DNA of 64,000 nucleotides from Pseudomonadota bacterium (GTDB lineage Bacteria; Myxococcota; JACRCW01; JAFGSX01): NCBI GenBank assembly GCA_043821645.1, contig JBDRCO010000037.1, positions 96,001 to 160,000 of the forward strand, read 5' to 3'. Shown piece by piece: positions 56,951 to 64,000 of this stretch (position 1 is its first letter; each line of letters starts with the position of its first letter). The notes under the pieces were generated by a model. It saw only the letters and a program-made list of their open reading frames with translations, ran no database searches and was not told where the DNA came from. The position numbers and the translations under genes were made by a program.

Positions 56951-58882
56951 TCACGGCTGCTCCGGGCTCAGCTCCAGCCAGAAATCCCCGGCCTCACCCG
57001 CCAGACCGTCGACCACCACGAACAGCGGTCCCTCGTTCAGCTCGGCCAGTACCAGGGGGGTCGTCGCGCCGGCCTCGGCCGACACGCACGCGATCTCGGC
57101 CAGCGCGTCGTCGCAGGGACCCGCGATCACAAAGAGCACGGCGGCGAAGTCCAGCGGGTGGAGTTCGACGCGCAGCCCTGGCGTGTGACCAGGTTCCACG
57201 CGGTACAGGAAGACCCGCTCGCCGGCGCCCGCGCCGCCGCAGCTCGCAGTCATCCTGTCGTCGAGACCTCGGGTGCTGCCGCTGCCAAAGGCCGGCGTGT
57301 CGAGCCTTGTGGTCTCGTCGACCAGGGGGCAGGCGGCTGGCAGCGTGACCTGATACAGACCCGGGTTTCCACGCAGCACCTGCACCTGTCCCGCGGTCAG
57401 GGTGAGCCCGGCCTGCAGGGGGAAAAGCGGGAACATGAGATTGCCGTAATCCGGGCACGATGTGGCCGAGGTGCCGACCGGGCATTCTGGCGTGTCGAGG
57501 ATGGGATCGTGGCGTCCACCCGTGGTTTCGGTGGTGTGGCGCAAGCCCAGGAAGTGCCCCAGCTCGTGCGCCAGCAACACGCCGGTGCGCGCACCGTCAC
57601 CCTGGTACGCGATCACGATGCCGCTGGCGGGTGAACCGTAGACACCCGGCGGACCGGGGATGCCACCCGAGAGCCCGGCCGTGAAGGCCAGCTCGTTGAC
57701 CACGAACACGTTGACCGCCGTACCCTGGGCTCCGGGCTGCGCTTGCGTCGCGCAGAGAGCCCTGACCTCGTCGCCGTCCTCGACCACCGCGGCCGAGGGC
57801 GGCAGGTCGGCGTACTCCACCCGACCCAGCGCCAGCCCTGCGCGAAAGCGGTAGCTGCCCTCGATGCGCGAGAGCAGGGCCTGCACCTCGGTGCTCTGGG
57901 GTGCCGCCGACGCGTGCAGTCCGGTGGCTGTGGCGAAGTGCAGGTTCAGGTCGAGCAATCCACCCTGCCGACCCGCGCGTTCGAGCACCACGTCGACCTG
58001 CTCCAGCTCGCCATCCAGGGGTTCCAGGCTGTCCCACACCGCCGGGTCAAAGGTCCCGACCTGCATGCGGTACGTTCCTGGCCGGGGTTGCGCGGCCGCG
58101 TCGTCGGTCGCCGGGACCAGCACGGCCACGGCGCCCGGGTAGTGATAGCCGGGATTCAGATCGGCCGTGTCGTCGTCGACATCCAGCAACAGCGTGCCGT
58201 CCGGCGCGACCAACCGAGTGACCGCGGGACGCAGCAGCTGTTCGTCGCGCAGCACCACAGTGAACGAGGCCACGCCTTGGGGCAGCTCGAAGCTCAGCTC
58301 ACCACGCGTGGCTGCCGGGGTCGCCAGCGGCCCCAGGGTCAGGCGCTCGAGAGCAAAGGCTGGCAGGCACAGCTCGGCCTGCACCGACTCCCCACCGCGG
58401 TCGAGGGTGGCCGGGGCACAGCTGGTCTGCACGGAGCAGGCGGGGCAGGGGCGGGTGCACAGGTTCTGGTGGCACAGACCACTGGCGCAGCTGCTGTCGT
58501 CGATGCAGAGCGCACCGTCGGGATCGGTGCCTGTTGCCGCAAGGCAGGCCAGAGCAAGTGTGCCATCGGGGCCTACCATGGGCTGACACGACAGGTCGGC
58601 CGTGCAGTCCGTCGATTGCTGGCAGGTCCTGCTGCAGCGCCGCACCCCGGTGCGCTCCGCACACCAGCCCGAGCGGCACTCGAGATCGCTCGCACAGGTG
58701 TTTCCGTCGTCGAGAAGGATGCGCTGGCCGCAGTGCCCCTCGGCATCGCAGCTCTGCCCCGGTGCGCAGTCCTGGTCTTCGGCGCAGGGCAGGCTCTCGT
58801 CACATCCCGCGGCGCTCACCAGCATCAGCAGCGCGAGGCCGATGGCGGGCGGGATTCCCTGCGACGGGTACAGTCGGTTCAT
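56951..58882 (-). CDS. Lipoprotein: Cys-rich repeats + metzincin zinc metalloprotease (M43/pappalysin-like) + C-terminal beta-sandwich
   Basis: Lipobox AAGC; AHELGHFLGLRH (HExxHxxGxxH); Met-turn NLMFP. Confidence 0.88.
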   Translation of the reverse strand: MNRLYPSQGIPPAIGLALLMLVSAAGCDESLPCAEDQDCAPGQSCDAEGHCGQRILLDDGNTCASDLECRSGWCAERTGVRRCSRTCQQSTDCTADLSCQPMVGPDGTLALACLAATGTDPDGALCIDDSSCASGLCHQNLCTRPCPACSVQTSCAPATLDRGGESVQAELCLPAFALERLTLGPLATPAATRGELSFELPQGVASFTVVLRDEQLLRPAVTRLVAPDGTLLLDVDDDTADLNPGYHYPGAVAVLVPATDDAAAQPRPGTYRMQVGTFDPAVWDSLEPLDGELEQVDVVLERAGRQGGLLDLNLHFATATGLHASAAPQSTEVQALLSRIEGSYRFRAGLALGRVEYADLPPSAAVVEDGDEVRALCATQAQPGAQGTAVNVFVVNELAFTAGLSGGIPGPPGVYGSPASGIVIAYQGDGARTGVLLAHELGHFLGLRHTTETTGGRHDPILDTPECPVGTSATSCPDYGNLMFPLFPLQAGLTLTAGQVQVLRGNPGLYQVTLPAACPLVDETTRLDTPAFGSGSTRGLDDRMTASCGGAGAGERVFLYRVEPGHTPGLRVELHPLDFAAVLFVIAGPCDDALAEIACVSAEAGATTPLVLAELNEGPLFVVVDGLAGEAGDFWLELSPEQP

Positions 58883-58963
58883 GGCGTCATGTTAGCCGAG
58901 GCCCGACGGCGCACCAAGGAGGGCGGCTTGACCGGCGCACGCCAGGCTCTCTATGGTCGCGAC

Positions 58964-59650
58964 ATGCGACTGGCCAGTCCCCTCTGCCTGCTCCTCGTCG
59001 CGCTGGCCACGCCAGCGTGGTCACAGGGCGGGCCCCCGCGGGTCGAAGCCGGGGTGGTCGAGGACGAGCTCCCCGGAGTGGAGCCATGGCTACCTCCCCT
59101 CGTCGTTGACGAGGATACGGACCTGTATCTGGCCCAGGTGATCGCGGGCCTGGGCGCGGAGGGCCTGTTCGGGATTTTTGGACTGTGTCCGGGGCTGTCG
59201 CTCTGTGCGGGTGTGGCGCGCCCTGCCGCCGGGGCCCTGGCCGTGGACTGGGTCGGCCGCGAGATGGGTGGTCGCCAGGGCTGGCAGCTGGGCGGCCTGG
59301 TCGCGAGCTATGCCCTGTACCTGGCCGCAACAGGCCTGGTGACGACGGGAGCGCTGGGCCTCTACGTGGCTTCGCTCCTCACCGCGGTGCTGGTGCCCAG
59401 CCTCGGCCTCGACGGCATCAGCGGCACCCTGGTGGGCGTCTCCCTGCTCGGCACGCCCGTGGCAGTGATGCTCGGTGGCGCGCTCATCATGCTCGCCCGC
59501 CCCTTCCTGGTTCCCCTGGTCTGGGGCATCACCCGCGACGAGGACGAGGCAGCAGATCCCGGGCCCGAGATCGACGACGCGGCGCCGGCACCAGACCTGG
59601 TACCCGGCGCTCGCCCTCCTGTGATCCGGCCCTCCGAGGTCGTGCCGTGA
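58964..59650 (+). CDS. Hypothetical membrane protein (signal peptide + several TM helices)
   Basis: MRLASPLCLLLVALATPAWS; Gly/Leu-rich hydrophobic segments; acidic/Pro tail. Confidence 0.7.
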   Translation: MRLASPLCLLLVALATPAWSQGGPPRVEAGVVEDELPGVEPWLPPLVVDEDTDLYLAQVIAGLGAEGLFGIFGLCPGLSLCAGVARPAAGALAVDWVGREMGGRQGWQLGGLVASYALYLAATGLVTTGALGLYVASLLTAVLVPSLGLDGISGTLVGVSLLGTPVAVMLGGALIMLARPFLVPLVWGITRDEDEAADPGPEIDDAAPAPDLVPGARPPVIRPSEVVP

Positions 59651-60501
59651 TGCCACCATTGCTGTGGCTGGTCCTGCTTGGTCTGCATCCAGGCCCACAC
59701 GGTGTCGAGGGACACGTCGTGCCTCTCCCCCCGGTCATCGTCGAGGGGCAGGCGCCTGACGCGCCCGAGAGCGCGCCTGCAAGCCAGCCCGAAGAGCAGG
59801 GACCGCCCGCCGAGCCAGCGCCCGCCGAGGAACCGGGCGGGCTGGGTTCGACGCCCGAGGCATCGCCAGAGCCCGTGCCCGAGCCCCTGGTGCCGGCGGG
59901 GGACCCACTGGACCTGTTCCCGGCGGCGCCCGTGGATGGATTCTGGGCCTATGTCGTCGAGGTGGCGGCGGCCATGGGCACAGCGCAGCTGCTGGCCCCT
60001 CTGGGTTGTGTTCCTGGCATCGGGCCGGTGGCCTACGCCATCCTCGCACCTCCGGCCATCGTGCACACGCTCGAGCGCACGGCCGGCACCTGGACCACCA
60101 CGCCTGCAGGACATCGCGAGGCAGCCTTGATCACCGCCCATGTCGTCGAGGCTCTGACCGGCCTGTTCATGCTGGGCGGGCAGATCGTGCTGATGACCGA
60201 ACTGACCTCGGTGGCCTTGCTGGCGGTGGGGGCTGCGAGTGGAAACAACCAGGTGGCCGCCATCGGAGGTGGCTTGCTGGCCGCCGGGACTCTGGGTGGC
60301 CTCAGCCTGCTGGGCGTCATGCCCCTGGGCATACTGCTCGGCCTGGGTGGTCCACACCTCGAAGTTCTGGTCTACCGCTACCTGCGAGCAGACGATACGA
60401 GCGTGGATCCCGACGCCGACAGCGACTATATCGACGACGAGGTGGGTTTCACCGAACCGGAATCCAGCGCTGCGCCCCCACCGTCGGGAGGATACCCATG
60501 A
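59650..60501 (+). CDS. Hypothetical membrane protein, probable paralog of upstream gene
   Basis: TGATG overlap; similar layout and C.PG motif; ATGA overlap with tal. Confidence 0.68.
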   Translation: MPPLLWLVLLGLHPGPHGVEGHVVPLPPVIVEGQAPDAPESAPASQPEEQGPPAEPAPAEEPGGLGSTPEASPEPVPEPLVPAGDPLDLFPAAPVDGFWAYVVEVAAAMGTAQLLAPLGCVPGIGPVAYAILAPPAIVHTLERTAGTWTTTPAGHREAALITAHVVEALTGLFMLGGQIVLMTELTSVALLAVGAASGNNQVAAIGGGLLAAGTLGGLSLLGVMPLGILLGLGGPHLEVLVYRYLRADDTSVDPDADSDYIDDEVGFTEPESSAAPPPSGGYP

Positions 60502-61592
60502 CCGTCTTCGAGGACCTGCACCGCATCGGACAGAGCGTCTGGTACGACAACATCTCGCGCGAACTCATCGCCTCGGGAGCCATCGCCAGCCTGGTCGCCG
60601 AGGGTGCGATCCGTGGCATCACCAGCAATCCTTCGATCTTCGAGAAAGCCATCACCAGTGGCGAGGCCTACGACGACGGGATCCGGGCCCTGTTGCACAT
60701 GAACCCTGACCTGGACACCTTCACGCTCTACGAGGCCCTGGCCATCCAGGACATCCAGGCCGGTGCCGACGCACTGCGCCCGGTGTACGAACAGAGCCAG
60801 GGCGAGGACGGCTACATCAGCCTCGAGGTGTCGCCGCGTCTGGCGCACGACACCGAGGCCACGGTGACCGAGGCGCGTCGGCTGCACGTCGCGGTGAACC
60901 GCCCGAACCTGATGATCAAGGTGCCCGCCACCGACGCCGGTCTACCGGCAGTAACGCGGCTCATCGCCGACGGCATCGCGGTCAACGTGACCTTGATCTT
61001 CTCGCTCGAGGACTGGCGACGGAGCTTCGAGGCTTACCTCGACGGGGTGGAGCAGCGGATCGCTGCCGGTGGCGACCTGGGCTCCGTGGCGTCCGTGGCC
61101 TCGTTCTTCGTGAGCCGGCTCGACAACGACCTCGATCGCCGCACCTCCGAGGGCTCACCGCTTCGAGGCACCGTCGCCGTGGCTTACTGCCGTCTGATCT
61201 ACTCCCACTATCGCCAGCTCCTGGCAGCGCCCCGCATGAGCGCGCTGCGCGAGCGCGGAGGCAGGGCCCAGCGGCTGCTGTGGGCTTCCACCGGCACCAA
61301 GAACCCGGCCTACAGCGATCTGCTCTACGTCGAGGAACTGGTGGGTGCGGACACGGTGAACACCATGCCGCCAGCCACCCTGGACGCCCTGCGCGACCAC
61401 GGGCGCGCCGCGTCGCGGATTGATCTGGGACTCGCCGAGGCCGAGGCTCTGCTCGCCACCTTGCCGGCCTCCGGTATCGACCTCGATGGCACGACGCGGA
61501 AGCTCAAGGATCAGGGGGTCGAGGCCTTCATGACCTCGCTGGATGGCCTGTTGCTGGCCCTCGATTCTCGTCGACAGATCGCGGCAGGCTGA
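60498..61592 (+). CDS. tal: Transaldolase
   Basis: SVWYDNISR, GITSNPSIF, GYISLEV, NLMIKVPAT, VNVTLIFS, LWASTGTK; GGAGGA RBS. Confidence 0.96.
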   Translation: MTVFEDLHRIGQSVWYDNISRELIASGAIASLVAEGAIRGITSNPSIFEKAITSGEAYDDGIRALLHMNPDLDTFTLYEALAIQDIQAGADALRPVYEQSQGEDGYISLEVSPRLAHDTEATVTEARRLHVAVNRPNLMIKVPATDAGLPAVTRLIADGIAVNVTLIFSLEDWRRSFEAYLDGVEQRIAAGGDLGSVASVASFFVSRLDNDLDRRTSEGSPLRGTVAVAYCRLIYSHYRQLLAAPRMSALRERGGRAQRLLWASTGTKNPAYSDLLYVEELVGADTVNTMPPATLDALRDHGRAASRIDLGLAEAEALLATLPASGIDLDGTTRKLKDQGVEAFMTSLDGLLLALDSRRQIAAG

Positions 61593-61613
61593 GCCTCAGA
61601 GAAAACTCCGCGA

Positions 61614-62546
61614 TCAGATCCCGCCACCGGCCTCGAAGATCTCTTGTCTGGCCTGCACCTGGGTCACGCGGCTCCCCGCGGGAATGCTCCGGGTCAGCCA
61701 TACATTGCCGCCGATGATCGAGCCCTGGCCCAGGGTGATGCGACCGAGGATGGTGGCGCCGGAGTAGATGACCACGTCGTCCTCGACGATGGGATGGCGG
61801 GGGATGCCCTTGATGGGGTTGCCCTGCGCGTCGAGGGGGAAGCTCTTGGCGCCCAGGGTGACGCCCTGGTAGATGCGGACCCGCTTGCCGATGATGCAGG
61901 TCTCGCCGATGACCACACCTGTGCCGTGATCGATGAAGAACATCTCGCCGACGCTGGCGCCTGGATGGATGTCGATGCCCGTGGTGCTGTGCGCGTGCTC
62001 CGTGATCATGCGGGGCAGCAGGGGCACGCCGAGGCGATGCATGGCATGGGCCAGGCGGTAGCTGGTGATGGCGGACACCCCGGGGTAGCAGAAGATCGCT
62101 TCGTCAGGCGAGGTCAGGGCAGGATCGCCCTCGTACGCCGCCTGCACGTCGCTGGCCACCAACCGCTGGACCTCGGGCAGGCGTGCCAGGAAGGTGCGCG
62201 TGATGTTCGCCGCCCGCGCCTCGCAATCGGGGCTGGGGCTTTCGTGATCGCAGGCGAAGCACAGGCCACGGCGCACCTGCTCGCCCAGGATGCGCTGCAC
62301 GTGATCGAGGGTCGCGCCGATGTGAAAGCGCATGCTGTGCTGGGTGAGCTCGGAGACGCCGAAGTAGCCCGGAAACAGCGCCGAGCGCAGCAGTTCGGTG
62401 ACGCCGATGACGGCATCGCGCGAGGGCAGGGGCTGCATGCACGCGGGGCGAGAGCCGCTGCGGCAGACCGCCGTGTTGTTGGCGCTCAGGGCCTCCACCA
62501 CCGAACCCAGATCGAAGTGGGTGCTGTCGATGTCAGGCATGGCCAC
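61614..62546 (-). CDS. cysE: Serine O-acetyltransferase (EpsC/CysE type)
   Basis: [32 protein letters not shown]-terminus GGGI. Confidence 0.95.
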   Translation of the reverse strand: MAMPDIDSTHFDLGSVVEALSANNTAVCRSGSRPACMQPLPSRDAVIGVTELLRSALFPGYFGVSELTQHSMRFHIGATLDHVQRILGEQVRRGLCFACDHESPSPDCEARAANITRTFLARLPEVQRLVASDVQAAYEGDPALTSPDEAIFCYPGVSAITSYRLAHAMHRLGVPLLPRMITEHAHSTTGIDIHPGASVGEMFFIDHGTGVVIGETCIIGKRVRIYQGVTLGAKSFPLDAQGNPIKGIPRHPIVEDDVVIYSGATILGRITLGQGSIIGGNVWLTRSIPAGSRVTQVQARQEIFEAGGGI

Positions 62547-63480
62547 TCGTCTCCTCCAGGTCGGCGAACAACCAGGTGCTCAGGTAGCGCTCGCCGCAGG
62601 ACGGTATCATGACCACGATCTGCTTTCCGGCATTCTCGGGTCGCGCCGCCACCTGGAGCGCCGCATGCAGCGCGGCACCGGATGAGATGCCCACCAGCAA
62701 GCCTTCTTCCCGCGCCGCGCGGCGCGCCATGGTGCCGGCGTCCTCGTTGCTCACCAGCAGGATCTCGTCGATGACCGCTGTGTTGAGCACCTTGGGGACA
62801 AAGCCAGCGCCCAGACCCTGGAGCTTGTGCGGTCCTGGCTGGCCACCCGAGAGCACCGGTGAATCCGTGGGCTCGATCGCGATGGCACGGACCGAGGGCT
62901 TGCGCGACTTGAGCTCCTCGGCCACGCCGGTGATGGTGCCTCCGGTGCCGACACCGGCCACGAGGATATCCACCTGACCGTCGGTATCGCGCCAGATCTC
63001 GTCGGCGGTGGTGCGCCGGTGCACTGCTGGATTGGCCGGGTTCTCGAACTGCTGCAGCATGATGTGGTCAGATTTCTCGGCGACAAGCTGCTCGGCCCTG
63101 GCGATGGCACCCTTCATGCCCTCGGCGCCCGGCGTCAGCACCAGCTCCGCACCCAGGGCGCGCAGCAACTTGCGGCGTTCGATGCTCATGGTGTCCGGCA
63201 TGGTGAGCAGAAGCTTGTAGCCTCGCGCCGCGCACACGAAGGCGAGGGCAATGCCGGTGTTCCCCGAGGTCGGCTCGACCAGGATGGTGCTGGGTTTCAG
63301 GCGGCCCTCGGCCTCGGCGGCCTCGACCATGCTCAGGCCGATGCGGTCCTTGACCGAGGACAAGGGATTGAAGAACTCGAGCTTGGCCAGGAGTGTGGCC
63401 TTGCCGCCTGCGTTGAGGCGGTTGATGCGGACCAGCGGTGTCTTGCCGATGAGCTGGGTGATGTCGTTGGCGATCTTCAT
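62533..63480 (-). CDS. cysK: Cysteine synthase A
   Basis: SSVKDR (PLP Lys), [31 protein letters not shown]. Confidence 0.97.
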   Translation of the reverse strand: MKIANDITQLIGKTPLVRINRLNAGGKATLLAKLEFFNPLSSVKDRIGLSMVEAAEAEGRLKPSTILVEPTSGNTGIALAFVCAARGYKLLLTMPDTMSIERRKLLRALGAELVLTPGAEGMKGAIARAEQLVAEKSDHIMLQQFENPANPAVHRRTTADEIWRDTDGQVDILVAGVGTGGTITGVAEELKSRKPSVRAIAIEPTDSPVLSGGQPGPHKLQGLGAGFVPKVLNTAVIDEILLVSNEDAGTMARRAAREEGLLVGISSGAALHAALQVAARPENAGKQIVVMIPSCGERYLSTWLFADLEETSGHA

Positions 63481-63512
63481 GGCGATTCCCTCGTCGACGC
63501 TTCAGGTGCGCG

Positions 63513-63935
63513 TCAGATGTAAAACATGAGATTGCCCGCGCGCTGGCGTGCGCGAGTGGCGAGCTTGTCCAGGGTCAGCAGCGCGAGCTGGTCGCGCAGG
63601 CCGTTGCTGACCTCCGCGAACACCTCGTCGACCACCGAGCCGGGATCGCTGCTGACGCCCTGCTCCAGGACCTCACCCTCGAGGGTGAGCAGGATGTCTC
63701 GCAGGTTGACCAGGCTGGGATCGCCCGCCAGCAGGAAGCCGCCGTGGGCGCCCCGGGCGCTGCGCACGAAGCCGGCTCCGCGTAGCGTGGTCATCAAGTT
63801 GTGAAGGTACTTGCGCGAGATGCCGTGCTTGTCTGCGATGGCCGTGAGCTGAACGGGCTTGCCTCCGTATGCGCAGGCCAGCTCGACCATGGCCAGCAAG
63901 CCGTAGCGGCCACGTGTCGACACTTTGAGCATCAT
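63513..63935 (-). CDS. Rrf2-family regulator, CymR-like (no IscR Cys triad)
   Basis: STRGRYGL, ISRKYL, VRSARGAHGGF, LEG; C-terminus LMFYI; heads cysK-cysE. Confidence 0.92.
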   Translation of the reverse strand: MMLKVSTRGRYGLLAMVELACAYGGKPVQLTAIADKHGISRKYLHNLMTTLRGAGFVRSARGAHGGFLLAGDPSLVNLRDILLTLEGEVLEQGVSSDPGSVVDEVFAEVSNGLRDQLALLTLDKLATRARQRAGNLMFYI

Positions 63936-63945
63936 GTCTACCTTT

Positions 63946-63993
63946 TATACTTTATTAGTGTACTTAAATTAACACGACGAAATCTTATTGCAA
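63946..63993 (-). promoter_or_regulatory. Putative sigma70 promoter plus Rrf2-type operator palindrome
   Basis: Minus strand TTGCAA-N16-TAATTT (63993-63966); palindrome TATACT-TTATT-AGTGTA at 63946-63962; strongly AT-rich. Confidence 0.6.
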
Positions 63994-64000
63994 CTTCTGA

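Noticed and set aside
57743-58963. 5' part of the 635-aa plus ORF
   Set aside because: Antisense to the metalloprotease; the real gene starts at ATG 58964.
1-64000. tRNA/rRNA, IS elements, prophage, defence systems, selenocysteine read-through
   Set aside because: None recognised by eye; Cys motifs in the redox proteins are intact, with no in-frame TGA. tRNAscan, Infernal and DefenseFinder were not run.

Overview
A gene-dense, GC-rich bacterial window with about 51 credible CDS. The gene content points to Myxococcota or a related deltaproteobacterial lineage: a TSP3-OmpA protein, many Cys-rich lipoproteins, a MYXO-CTERM-like tail, a DUF2378-like protein and a Pkn-type kinase. This taxonomy is inferred, not searched. 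I saw no rRNA, tRNA, CRISPR array, transposase or prophage gene. Housekeeping and metabolic genes are rpmE-DUF1385-prfA, a DEAD-box helicase, corA, phaB, a single-chain fungal-type homoaconitase, a FadF-like Fe-S oxidoreductase, tal, Rrf2(CymR-like)-cysK-cysE, and a Crp/Fnr regulator divergent from cupin and ferredoxin genes. These are interleaved with many surface proteins and hydrolases. Most notable observations: (1) a near-strict Asp-every-5-residues stalk shared by three unrelated surface proteins; (2) five orphan enzymes (HD hydrolase, GH13, PLD, M14 peptidase, LD-transpeptidase-like) with disordered N-termini and no signal peptide, two of which share a duplicated EF-hand-like module and the start GTGACCAGG, suggesting a possible non-Sec-exported effector set; (3) a vWA adhesin-like/Cys-rich operon with a (GGAACCA)8.6 VNTR; (4) an NHL propeller whose blades carry Cys-pair 'WCxGG' loops; (5) a tandem cytoplasmic DUF4139 pair; (6) PhaR-type boxes flanking a lone phaB; (7) Rrf2 and CysE both ending in a CysK-binding-type C-terminal Ile. 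All family calls come from motif recognition by eye; no database search was run.
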